IMG/VR virus record: IMGVR_UViG_3300032320_002537
Coordinates: 1-58,146 of that record
Reading direction: 5' to 3' (one strand)
From: a virus
Taxonomy: Duplodnaviria; Caudoviricetes
DNA: 58,146 nucleotides
The notes under the pieces were generated by a model. It searched no databases, was not told the origin of the DNA, and saw only the letters and a program-made list of their open reading frames with translations. Below, in pieces: positions 18,351 to 28,170 of this stretch (position 1 is its first letter; each line of letters begins with the position of its first letter). The position numbers and the translations under genes were made by a program.

Positions 18351-19583
18351 ATGTCTCAAATAGTCAATGAAAAATTTAATCAGTCTCTACTATCGTCCGC
18401 TTCTGGTAGACGTAAGAAAGGGACAATGTTTGATGAGATTTATGGTGCATTAGAATCCAGCGATAACCCTATTGACCGCGCAATTCAAATGATTGCCGAA
18501 TTCCACGGTGCATGGACTGGAGGTAGTCAAGAACTATTCGCATTAGCATCCTTTCTTGCATCGGCAACGAATTCCCCCGTTCTGACCGACATCGCGAATA
18601 CTGTTGGTGGTGCAACACAAAGTGTTTTATCATTGGCAAACCAATTACCTGCTAGTTTATGTGGAAGACAGAATACAGAATTTGCGGCAATTATGCCGAC
18701 CCCACTACTTAGAGAGTTCGTCGGATTCGTTCATAACATTCATCCTGCCATTAACATGTATCTCCAGATGCACGAGGGATGTTTCCCCTATTTTCAACAG
18801 ATAAGCGAAGAAGTCGGAAGATTTGCTCAGATCGCAATGAGAGCATCCGAAATTAGTCCCATGGATTGGCCTAAAATGAATGGGGTCAATTGCTTAAATA
18901 CCGACACTAGAATGGATAAAAATACTCTATTGAAAATGATGCCTTCCATTTTCTTCCAAATGGATAATGCCTCAAATCTACTCAATTCGTTATTTCTAAG
19001 AAGTATGCGCCCTGAAAACAACATGGCTTTACTGCAACCTAATTACGGTAAAAGTGTTGCAAAATTACAAAAAGAGTCAGATTTATTAATTGAATCTAGT
19101 GGAAAAGATTTAGAAAATGCCAATAACGAGTTTAATCTTGGGAACTTTGATAAAGCCGAAGAGTTAAAAATCGTAGCGAGTAATAAACTAGCTAGAGTTA
19201 AGGATATACAAAATACGATAAAAACAGGACAAGCGGAGTTGACCGCACAACCTGTTGCACATGGACACAATTTCTGTATGGATGTTTTCGGTGCTAAAAG
19301 ACGTATTGATGCCATCGCAGGATCAGCGGCTATTGTTATGCAAAAAGCTGGGGATGCACTGCGATTGGTTAATAAATTTTTCCCTGTTAGACAAGTATCT
19401 AAATATGAAACCGAAACTTTTAATATCACATTGAATAGAGGTCCGAACGGTGAACCTATAACTTTCATAACTGATAAGCGCGGCAGATTGGCACATATGG
19501 GACCAACTAGTGATAGTATATCTGATCCTACCAATGATGAGAAACTAACCGCAAAGGATGAACATGTCAACGAAAAACGATAA
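18351..19583 (+). CDS. Hypothetical structural protein
   Basis: 410-aa ORF in the baseplate module; TAAATA 18337-18342. Confidence 0.7.
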   Translation: MSQIVNEKFNQSLLSSASGRRKKGTMFDEIYGALESSDNPIDRAIQMIAEFHGAWTGGSQELFALASFLASATNSPVLTDIANTVGGATQSVLSLANQLPASLCGRQNTEFAAIMPTPLLREFVGFVHNIHPAINMYLQMHEGCFPYFQQISEEVGRFAQIAMRASEISPMDWPKMNGVNCLNTDTRMDKNTLLKMMPSIFFQMDNASNLLNSLFLRSMRPENNMALLQPNYGKSVAKLQKESDLLIESSGKDLENANNEFNLGNFDKAEELKIVASNKLARVKDIQNTIKTGQAELTAQPVAHGHNFCMDVFGAKRRIDAIAGSAAIVMQKAGDALRLVNKFFPVRQVSKYETETFNITLNRGPNGEPITFITDKRGRLAHMGPTSDSISDPTNDEKLTAKDEHVNEKR

Positions 19584-21457
19584 TGAGATACGATGGAATA
19601 TATAAAGGTATAGTAATACAAAATAACGACCCCACAAATGCGGGTCGGGTCAAAGTCTATGTCCCCGAAGCTAATGCAACATTATTGAAGGATTGGAATT
19701 TAAATAAAAACGTAAATCAGAAGATGAAAGGGTTAGGTGCAAATGCCGCATCCGCACTGACTCCTGATATCATGCAGAGAGTTAAGACGCTGTTACCATG
19801 GGCTAGAGTTAGTATGCCTGTATTTGGCATGTCTACCTCGGGTTTTTACGATAATGCGTCGGACACATCATATATTGGTAATGATTCAAATTTAATAGGT
19901 CAACTCGGAAATAAATCGCCTCAATTCTTTGAATCCGATAGGCAGAAAGCCGCATCTCCTCGCCCTTTATTCCTCGATCCTTTCGCGAAAATAGCACGAA
20001 GTGTCATCGACCTAACGGGTATCGATTATGGTAATCCGTCATTCCCTTTAGAGTGTGGAGCCTCACCAACTATCCCTTCTGTTTGGAAATCAATTCCAGC
20101 GGGTGCGGGTGGTGATGCAAAGAGAAGCGTTCCTCAATCATACCCTAGCCAACCTGCGAATAATTTTCATGATCCAGAACTTAACAAACCCTTAACTCGG
20201 ACTCAGAAAAGCATTCGAAATATAGCGAATAACATCAACGATGCGGTAGACCGAATTGAAATATCGGTGGTTAATCCTGATATATACATCGACGGTAAGA
20301 TCATAGATATTTCTAAGACGGTATTTAACGATAACTGTTTAGATGAGCGTGTTCTTGGTAGAACCATACCGCAATTATCATATGAACCTCCAATTCTTTT
20401 TATCGATACTCCTCTAATCCCTATCCGTAATATTGATCTTGAGAATCTGCCTGTAGAACTATTAATCAATGGTATTCCTGTGAATCTAGAATTCACCATC
20501 GATGCAGATAAATCTACTGATAAAATGCCCGTATACACTTCGAATAATATCGAGGTTATTATCCCTAAAGGACGAGTCCAATCTATCAATATCTATAAAA
20601 ATAATAATAGAACTGATATCTCCAAAATAGCAGCACTGAAACCTTTTAATGTTGCAAAACTTGACGATAATGAGAACATGTTTAGAACCATATTACCTCG
20701 AATTGCAGATGTTTTATGTAATCTATCTGCTGGGGGCGGTGGGGCCGCTGCATATAACAGAGTCAACACTCAACTTTTACCTTCTGAACAAAGACGGGAA
20801 GCTATGATTGGTGGTAATAATCCTATGTCGAGGGAGAACAGGAATTTTGGTGCTCAGGATTCTCCTGAAAATTGCGATGAATCGGGATCAAACCAATTAA
20901 GTAAAGCCGATATGGGTGGCCCTTATCGTCCACCAGATCATTCAAATAGCTTCAAAGGTATGGTGTCAATTCCTGCTCCTGGTGCTCATGTCCATGTTCG
21001 TTTTGAAGATGGTAATCCTAACATGCCAATCGTTATGGATACATTCGTCCCCCAATCTGATTACAAATCTATGTATGGTGTCCCTGAAACTACGCCGACT
21101 CAACCTTCAGACCTTGTTGCTCCTCTTCCTGAAACACCTCCGATAGCAGGAGTTAGTTCCCCTGCGCCACCGACTAACATGAGTCGTAAAGAATACCCAT
21201 TTGATGAAAACGGAGACTATATCGAACAATGGGCCGCAGGAAACGTGGACTATGAACCGCCTAAAAAAAATATCAAATCAGGATTATTACCTGTCAATGT
21301 CCCTCCGTTACGATCTACCCCACAAAATTCTAATTTCATGTTCCCCGATGCTCTCAAATCCAGATTCCCAATGCCCCAACCGCAAGCGTCCGAAGATAAA
21401 CCTGTCCCGTATCAAAATAATAATGATATGCAGTCCGATGTCTACGTCTTGTCTTAA
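19583..21457 (+). CDS. gp5: gp5/VgrG N-terminal OB-fold protein with a large internal insertion
   Basis: YKGIVIQNNDP...GRVKVYVP...LPWA and, about 370 aa later, IPAPGAHVHVRFEDGNPNMPIV. Confidence 0.8.
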   Translation: MRYDGIYKGIVIQNNDPTNAGRVKVYVPEANATLLKDWNLNKNVNQKMKGLGANAASALTPDIMQRVKTLLPWARVSMPVFGMSTSGFYDNASDTSYIGNDSNLIGQLGNKSPQFFESDRQKAASPRPLFLDPFAKIARSVIDLTGIDYGNPSFPLECGASPTIPSVWKSIPAGAGGDAKRSVPQSYPSQPANNFHDPELNKPLTRTQKSIRNIANNINDAVDRIEISVVNPDIYIDGKIIDISKTVFNDNCLDERVLGRTIPQLSYEPPILFIDTPLIPIRNIDLENLPVELLINGIPVNLEFTIDADKSTDKMPVYTSNNIEVIIPKGRVQSINIYKNNNRTDISKIAALKPFNVAKLDDNENMFRTILPRIADVLCNLSAGGGGAAAYNRVNTQLLPSEQRREAMIGGNNPMSRENRNFGAQDSPENCDESGSNQLSKADMGGPYRPPDHSNSFKGMVSIPAPGAHVHVRFEDGNPNMPIVMDTFVPQSDYKSMYGVPETTPTQPSDLVAPLPETPPIAGVSSPAPPTNMSRKEYPFDENGDYIEQWAAGNVDYEPPKKNIKSGLLPVNVPPLRSTPQNSNFMFPDALKSRFPMPQPQASEDKPVPYQNNNDMQSDVYVLS

Positions 21458-21473
21458 TTAAATACTATAATAT

Positions 21474-24017
21474 ATGACCTACCCTGGAAAAGCCCAAAAC
21501 GATCCGCGAAATGCCGATGAATTAATATCCGATGCTGCATATATTAATCAACCCGCAGGAGTTCTCGAATTCATCAACACCCAAGGGGAAGAGTCCCTAA
21601 CATTGGGTCATAAAAACGGGTCATATACACGATTAGATAAATATGGCAGGGAAGAACTCGTCACCCGCAATTCTCGCTTGACCAACCTTGGGACTACCCA
21701 TAATAATTACAGAGGTCCGGTGGTTAATAATTTCATGGGTGGCGTCGAGAATATCTATTCAGGTGATGTGATTTCGACAACAGGCGATCCTGCAAAACAC
21801 CAACCGATAGTCGAAGAATATAAAGGAAAGATTAAAGAACTGCATAACGACCATAGATTGTTTGAAATTCAAAGAACTAAAGGTCACAACAGTATCGATC
21901 AATCCCCTCTTCAGGTAAAATCTGGAAGCCTAGCCCCATGTCCGACCGATGCAGTTATAGGTAAATTCCTAACATCTAAGACGCCATCGGAAGTTATCGC
22001 AAGAGCTATCAAAGCATCATGTTTCCGTTCTGTTTTCATATTCAATCCGACAATCGACGAATATCATGAAATTCCTGTGGGTGGTGGTATCAATTGTTTT
22101 ACATGCTGGGGGACTGGATTAAGCCCTTCATCCCAAGATGGTAAATGGACAAAAGAAGGTGCTAAGGATATGATTAAAGATAAAAGAGAGAAGCTCCAAG
22201 ATGATCTCTATTCTATCGAAAAGAAATTAGGCCAAACAAAAAACCCGTCAGGTGGAACTCAGATTAGTAATGTATCGAAAGATATGGTTATGAATGTCGG
22301 TTTGGCATTTAACGATCTAGAATCATTCCGCCGCGATCCTAAAGGTAAATTGGTCCCATATGGCATTAAAATCGACCCTTTCGGCGGTTCAGTTTATACT
22401 CAATATCGAGAAAGTCCTCTGGTCGAGATAGTCGATGTTGAGAGATTTCCAGGTGGTGCATATGAGATCAATGCAAATAATAACTATCGTATAACCGCAG
22501 GATCGGGAGGGATCGATTTTAAAACAACCGGACCTATGAATCTATATGCACCTGTTGTCACTATGACTGCCGAGGCGATGTTGTTCAATTCCCGTGGAGA
22601 GATAATGTTAGGTGCAGAGCGATTGGATTTTTCTGGGGATATTATCACTATTCGTCCTAATAAAGTGTCTCGAAGTCTAGAAGATGCATCTGGGAATGAT
22701 GTTGGTTCTTTACCTGCTAATCTTAGCTTAAAAACAGAACCCGAACAGCAATTATTAGTCGATGGAAATCTTAACGTGGCGATGAATGCCATAGTTAGAG
22801 GGGGAATGCATGTGGAAGGGGAAGTATCTCTTCACCACATCACTGCACCTCTAGAATACCACATCACCGAGTCTGACTTTGAAATAAACCAACAAGTCCA
22901 ATGCGCATCACCGACTGGGGATGAAGAAATCTGTGTTGATGATTTACAGAAAGGGCCAACACATGCTGACATTCTACCTAACTGTGTTATTGGTTATGTA
23001 ATCGTTGAGGGAGTTAAATTGGATGTGATATCGATATGTGCCTCAAATTCAGTGTTAGTCCACCCACACTTTCACACTTATAAAAGTTTACCTATGAAAT
23101 TGATGGAGGGCAACAATGACATGACTATTACTATCGGAGATAGAGACGAGAATGTAACCCTCACTCCACATGATGCAGTAAGAGCCGTTGGCGCACGTAA
23201 CAACTTCGCTAATGTGGTTCTAGCTAAACCTGTCCAAGATTCAACAACACCTACCACAGTTATAGAGAAATTTGGTGGCAAATGTGGCCCCCTATCAATC
23301 GATAATTGTTCATGGGAAGAACCGAATCGCAATGATGATTTACCTACAGGTGAAGGGGTCGGAACCTCTAACTATACTCCTGAAGTTATGATGACTAAAA
23401 TTAAAGAAATGGAATCTAAATTAGAAGAAATGTATAAAGCGGTGCAGACCCAATTAGCAGCACCATCAAAAGAAAATCCTCAGTCCAATTGCGACGAGGT
23501 GGAAGCATTAGCGGCGGCTGCATCGACAGAACCGCCTTCGGTTCCACCCGCGACCCCAGAAAGCCAAGTAAATCAGGAAAGTAATGCGAATGCCACTGCT
23601 AATACTGACGCATTAAATATCGATGCTGCTCAAGCAAGATGTTCTGGACTATCGTCTTCATCTAGTGGAATGTGTCTGCAAGGTAGTAGAAAAACCGTTG
23701 CAGTATTAACTGGTAATAGTTATTACGATAAAGGATATAGTAGCGGTGACTATTCTCTCAGAGCTAGAACGAACTGGTTCTTAGGCGGTAGAAATAAAAA
23801 CGGGGAACAGTTATATACTAATATCGGCAGGGTGTCAAATAACTTCCAAACCGGAGACGTTATTATATATAGTAATAATGGATATGGCCATGTCGAAACT
23901 AACGTCAATGGTAATTGGTATAGCGATTTCAAACAGAGAAATAATTCGCTAGGAAATAACTACAGTGATTATACTGTCCTAAGATTGAATAACCTATCCA
24001 CTTATTCAGACAAATAA
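21474..24017 (+). CDS. gp5-like C-terminal spike protein with terminal CHAP/NlpC-P60-like domain
   Basis: GVLEFINTQGEESLTLGHKNGSY gp5 motif; beta-helix-like repeats; HPHFH; C-terminal MCLQG...GDVIIY...YGHVE...WYSDFKQ. Confidence 0.7.
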   Translation: MTYPGKAQNDPRNADELISDAAYINQPAGVLEFINTQGEESLTLGHKNGSYTRLDKYGREELVTRNSRLTNLGTTHNNYRGPVVNNFMGGVENIYSGDVISTTGDPAKHQPIVEEYKGKIKELHNDHRLFEIQRTKGHNSIDQSPLQVKSGSLAPCPTDAVIGKFLTSKTPSEVIARAIKASCFRSVFIFNPTIDEYHEIPVGGGINCFTCWGTGLSPSSQDGKWTKEGAKDMIKDKREKLQDDLYSIEKKLGQTKNPSGGTQISNVSKDMVMNVGLAFNDLESFRRDPKGKLVPYGIKIDPFGGSVYTQYRESPLVEIVDVERFPGGAYEINANNNYRITAGSGGIDFKTTGPMNLYAPVVTMTAEAMLFNSRGEIMLGAERLDFSGDIITIRPNKVSRSLEDASGNDVGSLPANLSLKTEPEQQLLVDGNLNVAMNAIVRGGMHVEGEVSLHHITAPLEYHITESDFEINQQVQCASPTGDEEICVDDLQKGPTHADILPNCVIGYVIVEGVKLDVISICASNSVLVHPHFHTYKSLPMKLMEGNNDMTITIGDRDENVTLTPHDAVRAVGARNNFANVVLAKPVQDSTTPTTVIEKFGGKCGPLSIDNCSWEEPNRNDDLPTGEGVGTSNYTPEVMMTKIKEMESKLEEMYKAVQTQLAAPSKENPQSNCDEVEALAAAASTEPPSVPPATPESQVNQESNANATANTDALNIDAAQARCSGLSSSSSGMCLQGSRKTVAVLTGNSYYDKGYSSGDYSLRARTNWFLGGRNKNGEQLYTNIGRVSNNFQTGDVIIYSNNGYGHVETNVNGNWYSDFKQRNNSLGNNYSDYTVLRLNNLSTYSDK

Positions 24018-24854
24018 GGATTTAACCCATGCCCAGAATCCAGTTTTAGGTTTCTGCTCCACTACAGGAGTTGGAGGGATAACTGTTGGGGCTTTAGGTG
24101 CCTCTTGGGGTATATTTGATGGAGTGGTGGTAACACGATCTCTCACTTTCACACCATTTGCCGAGATTTCTCCGGTTAAATCCCAATTATTAGCAGCAAT
24201 CAATTTCTTGAACGTGTTAGTTCTATAGATGGTTTTACGGAGAATCGGGCGAGAAGAATGGTTTGCTAACCAGTTGTGTCGAGCATCGACATATTCGGCA
24301 ACCCATTTCTTTTCATTGCCCCCTTTTGCAGGGGGAAGTTCGTTGAATCTTTTACGCAACACAGTCATCATCGATTTAGGTGAATTCAGACTAGGACCAG
24401 AATGAACAGCAGTGTCATATATGACTAACATTGCAAGAGGGGTTTTAAAACCGTTATCTGTAAAGAATTTAAATGCAGGGTTCCAATATTCTTCTGCAAA
24501 GAATTCATCCTGTGTCATTCGCATGATTGGATCGGATGCCGCTTTTTTGAAAAGTGTCTCGAATTTTTTATTGGGGTAAATCGATTTGGAATAAGAACCA
24601 CGACCGTTATGTGGTTGGATTTTATCCGCAAAGAATTTTATCTCTTGCGAATATTGGCCTTTATTTGCTACATATTTCTGTAAGAGAGTCCTAAGTAGTC
24701 CAGATTCGGTCGTCTGAGAACGCCCAACGGTATATTGTTTCACATTCCCAGGTGCATCTGCGAAAACTGAGATAGCTCCATAATTCCCTTCTGCACTGCC
24801 AGTTTCGAAGGCATTGACGACTTGACGTATTTTATCTTTCACATGTGTTTCCAT
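24006..24854 (-). CDS. Chitosanase (GH46)-like lysozyme-superfamily hydrolase, probable endolysin
   Basis: NAFETGS...YG...D...YTVGRSQTT...QDEFF...YWNPA...IYDTAVHSG; TAAATA 6 nt upstream. Confidence 0.75.
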   Translation of the reverse strand: METHVKDKIRQVVNAFETGSAEGNYGAISVFADAPGNVKQYTVGRSQTTESGLLRTLLQKYVANKGQYSQEIKFFADKIQPHNGRGSYSKSIYPNKKFETLFKKAASDPIMRMTQDEFFAEEYWNPAFKFFTDNGFKTPLAMLVIYDTAVHSGPSLNSPKSMMTVLRKRFNELPPAKGGNEKKWVAEYVDARHNWLANHSSRPILRKTIYRTNTFKKLIAANNWDLTGEISANGVKVRDRVTTTPSNIPQEAPKAPTVIPPTPVVEQKPKTGFWAWVKSLFV

Positions 24855-24869
24855 GTGAACTATTTATCA

Positions 24870-25274
24870 TTAAAAATCGTCGTCGTCCATCATTTCATCG
24901 TCTTCAGAGAAGCCATGTTTAAGCATATCTTGCTGTGCGAAAAATGACTCGGTTGTTTCTACGATTAAATTATTTAATGCATCTTGCTGTAAAGGGGTAT
25001 CTGTCTCTACAATGAAAGTTCTCATTCCTTCTGGAGTATATCCTACAATCATGAAGCAGTCGAGATATTCTGCAACAACAGATTTGATCTGAATCGCCAT
25101 CTTTTCCCTCTGTTTTGCCGTCAAAACTCGGGGTTTGATTATTTTAGGCGCATCGGGAAGGTTGTTGAGCATATTGTCTATGCTTTTCTCTTCGCGTTTT
25201 GTTATCTTCCCATTGATTTTTTTACGCATACTAATATTTATCTTGGGCCGATTATTATTGCTCATTTTTGCCAT
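24870..25274 (-). CDS. Hypothetical protein
   Basis: 134-aa ORF, basic N-terminus and acidic C-terminus. Confidence 0.65.
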   Translation of the reverse strand: MAKMSNNNRPKINISMRKKINGKITKREEKSIDNMLNNLPDAPKIIKPRVLTAKQREKMAIQIKSVVAEYLDCFMIVGYTPEGMRTFIVETDTPLQQDALNNLIVETTESFFAQQDMLKHGFSEDDEMMDDDDF

Positions 25275-25569
25275 AACTCCAGTGTTTATTGATAAAACCT
25301 TTATCGTTGAGATATTCGATAAGAACTTCGATAGAATCTGTGTTGAGTTTTAGATTGGAATTGAAAAACCTTCCACCATCATAGAAATGGAATGAACCAT
25401 TCTTAAGACATGTGAGAATTAATGAACCTGCACCGTTGTCGATTAAGAGACTCCATTTTCTTTTATCGGATTCTGCATAATCTAAAACATCTAATCTGAA
25501 GATGTTATATCCGCAATCTTTAAGACGCTTTACAGTGTAACTAGGGGTGGTGATACGTGTGGTTGACAT
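25255..25569 (-). CDS. Hypothetical protein (paralog of 25580-25885)
   Basis: VKRLKDCGYNIFRLDV.DYAESDKRKWSLLIDNG. Confidence 0.7.
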   Translation of the reverse strand: MSTTRITTPSYTVKRLKDCGYNIFRLDVLDYAESDKRKWSLLIDNGAGSLILTCLKNGSFHFYDGGRFFNSNLKLNTDSIEVLIEYLNDKGFINKHWSYGKNEQ

Positions 25570-25579
25570 AGTGGGTGAA

Positions 25580-25885
25580 TTAAGCTTCATCGTCGAGGGT
25601 TAAGACAACTGGGGTTTTACCTAGTAAGTCTGTGATAATATCGTAGATATCGGAAGTGTAGATATCCATAATCGTTCGATCTTGGGTGACTAGATCGAAA
25701 TAATGCGCCCCGAAGTTACCTTTGTTGATAGTGAAGGTGACTAGAAAATTATCTACCCCAGGGTTAATAACCGCGGTCCAGCATCTATGGTCGGCCTGAT
25801 TGTAATTAACATCAAGTTTGAAGACTTGACATCCGAGATTTTTAACGTGACTCTCGAACGTGTTATAATCGATATAATTTCGCAT
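25580..25885 (-). CDS. Hypothetical protein (paralog of 25255-25569)
   Basis: HVKNLGCQVFKLDVNYNQADHRCWTAVINPG. Confidence 0.7.
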   Translation of the reverse strand: MRNYIDYNTFESHVKNLGCQVFKLDVNYNQADHRCWTAVINPGVDNFLVTFTINKGNFGAHYFDLVTQDRTIMDIYTSDIYDIITDLLGKTPVVLTLDDEA

Positions 25886-26607
25886 TATTTTTTTAGTTTT
25901 GTGGTTAGGTATGTTTGGGTTGAATTTTCGTGGCTTAGTTCTATGATTAAGGCCCGTTGTCCAACCTTAAGTAATATATCACCTTTGGATTTCTGAATCA
26001 AGTCAAAAATAGAAGTTTCGAACACGCAAGGATTAATATTCCCAGAACATGTCCCTGCAATCGTGATACGGATATTATCTTTATGATCGATCTCTCTATC
26101 TCCGAATTCTAATACTGCATCATCTCCACTCTGTTCGATATAAAACTTGTTAGATTCTGATGCGAAATTTTTAGCTTTGATAATCTCTTTAAGTTTATCG
26201 CTAGGGATAGATATAGTGCCCTCTATTGGATGTTTAGCTATATTATCAGGCGTTATCTTGGGACAATCTGATATCATGTTCGTTGCCAACAACTTGATAT
26301 TAAATTTAATGTCTTTATCTTGATATTCGAGGTAGTTGTTTTTTATAACTAGCTCTGAGAAATTATCGGAAACAATACAAGAAATCCCATTTTGAAGTTT
26401 CAGCAAATTAATATTAAAACGATCAACAGGGTCGGTGATACTTACGGGCGTGTATGTCGTGTATAGAATATTTTCTCCTGCCCCTTTAACCATACTGTAG
26501 ATATAGTCATCTTTTACAAAGATTGGTATTCGACCGTTCTTATTCACTTCCAGTAGCGGAAGGATGAACTCTTTTCGAAATGTCAGAAGATTCAATGTTA
26601 AAGTCAT
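25885..26607 (-). CDS. gp45: Sliding clamp (gp45/PCNA-like)
   Basis: 240 aa with a two-domain alternating beta/alpha pattern; downstream of SSB in the replication cluster; no single diagnostic motif. Confidence 0.6.
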   Translation of the reverse strand: MTLTLNLLTFRKEFILPLLEVNKNGRIPIFVKDDYIYSMVKGAGENILYTTYTPVSITDPVDRFNINLLKLQNGISCIVSDNFSELVIKNNYLEYQDKDIKFNIKLLATNMISDCPKITPDNIAKHPIEGTISIPSDKLKEIIKAKNFASESNKFYIEQSGDDAVLEFGDREIDHKDNIRITIAGTCSGNINPCVFETSIFDLIQKSKGDILLKVGQRALIIELSHENSTQTYLTTKLKK

Positions 26608-27187
26608 TTTTAGTATCTGGTTGCGATTTGTTGTCGGTTACTTTAACCGATCCCAACTCACGAATCAACTTATTAACCGATTTTTTAAGAGATTTTATCT
26701 CTTTAAGGATTATATCCAGTGAACTTTCCTGTAGATTGTTAGATTTTATTTTTTCCTGATTAGTTTGGCCTCCATAATTAGGTATATGGAACCCCTGATA
26801 ATCAGAATTTTGTGAGGCTCCTTGTGGGGCAAAAGAGGGATCATTAGCCGCTGACGGGGCTTGATTTAGATCAATTATGTTACCATCTCTATCTCTGATG
26901 ATGAGTGGTAGTTGAGACATGTTGGCCGGAACTGTTTCAGGTAATCCATACTCTCCTACACCACCTTGTTGTGGGTACGGTTGTTGATATTGGGGATACT
27001 GCGGTTGCTGAACGTGTTGTGGGTAATATCCCTGTTGTGGATAATGTCCTTGCTGCGGATGGTGTCCTATGGCTTGCCTTATATCAACTTTAGGCACAGC
27101 AACCTTACCAAATTTACTGTTGATTTGGTTAATTCTTCCATTAGTCATAGCGGCTAAAGATGCTACATCATAATCATCTTGATTCAT
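26540..27187 (-). CDS. Gln/Pro/Tyr-rich low-complexity protein with C-terminal coiled coil
   Basis: HPQQGHYPQQGYYPQ repeats; LDIILKEIKSLKKSVNKL; TAAATA 6 nt upstream. Confidence 0.7.
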   Translation of the reverse strand: MNQDDYDVASLAAMTNGRINQINSKFGKVAVPKVDIRQAIGHHPQQGHYPQQGYYPQHVQQPQYPQYQQPYPQQGGVGEYGLPETVPANMSQLPLIIRDRDGNIIDLNQAPSAANDPSFAPQGASQNSDYQGFHIPNYGGQTNQEKIKSNNLQESSLDIILKEIKSLKKSVNKLIRELGSVKVTDNKSQPDTKNDFNIESSDISKRVHPSATGSE

Positions 27188-27225
27188 GTAACATATTTAG
27201 CCGCACATAACTACCTTTTCAATTT

Positions 27226-28170
27226 TTACTTGAGAATATCATCCAATTCTTCATCCAACGATTTATCGCTAGAGAATGTCATTGGGATATCATCGTCATC
27301 ATCCGACAATCCTTCCGTTAAACTCTTCAAAGAAGAGGAGGACGATTGATCGATGTCGTCATGAGAGCTTGCTGAGATTCCATACCAATGTTGGTCTAGA
27401 ATTTGACGAAGTTCATCTTGAGTTTTAAGCGCAGGGACGAACTCATGCAAGTCATGTGAATTACGAAGAATATCCAATACCTGCTCTTTTGTGAGAGAAA
27501 GTTTGCTATCCTCGACCAAATCGAAATTCGATTGATCATAATTCGGATAACCACCTTTATCAACAACGTCAAAGACGAAATCTACGCCATCCTCGACAGT
27601 ATTAGGTAAAAGGAAACCTTTTGAACCGATTTTCTTTTTGAACTTCTCACCGAAAAGACCTTCGGTAATGTTCTTATAGACTACAGAACGAGGGTTTTTC
27701 TCTTTATCCAAACCAGCCGGAAATCTCGGAACTGTGACTTGCCCGATTTGTTCTTTACTACGTGGGTCATCACCCTCAACTTCGATCAGATAGAAATTAG
27801 CAAACTGCTTTCTTTGGGGAATGAGTTTGTAGGTTTCTTTCATACCTGCCTCGTCTCCTTGATCTTTCGCTTTCTTGTATTCATCCCATTGCGTTTTCTT
27901 AACGATATCTGGGCCAGTGTTCTTAATCAATGGGTCTGACCATGCTCGGCCTAACGGGACATAATCCCCTGTGACTCTGCTAGTAAACCCAATTTCTTCA
28001 TAGGGGAGCAAGGTATCGCTCTGTCTTGGAACGAATCGACCACGGTACTTAACTCCTTTTTTGAAGATTAAGAGTCTAGGGTCAATAGAGCTATTGGATG
28101 CCTTGTTTTGTTGTTCGACTTCATTTTTGATGTTTTCGACGTTATTAATTATGCTTTCGATGTCTGTCAT
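27226..28170 (-). CDS. gp32: Single-stranded DNA-binding protein (gp32-like)
   Basis: RFVP...YKLIPQRKQFANFY...GVDFVF...KGGYPNYDQSNF; acidic C-terminal tail. Confidence 0.85.
   Translation of the reverse strand: MTDIESIINNVENIKNEVEQQNKASNSSIDPRLLIFKKGVKYRGRFVPRQSDTLLPYEEIGFTSRVTGDYVPLGRAWSDPLIKNTGPDIVKKTQWDEYKKAKDQGDEAGMKETYKLIPQRKQFANFYLIEVEGDDPRSKEQIGQVTVPRFPAGLDKEKNPRSVVYKNITEGLFGEKFKKKIGSKGFLLPNTVEDGVDFVFDVVDKGGYPNYDQSNFDLVEDSKLSLTKEQVLDILRNSHDLHEFVPALKTQDELRQILDQHWYGISASSHDDIDQSSSSSLKSLTEGLSDDDDDIPMTFSSDKSLDEELDDILK

Noticed and set aside
19820-20950. Intein or intron in gp5
   Set aside because: The frame is continuous and there are no intein C1/HN termini or endonuclease motifs
11306-23932. 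Many short minus-strand ORFs inside baseplate genes, and plus-strand ORFs inside replication genes elsewhere
   Set aside because: Fully nested antisense to well-supported genes, with no motifs or promoters
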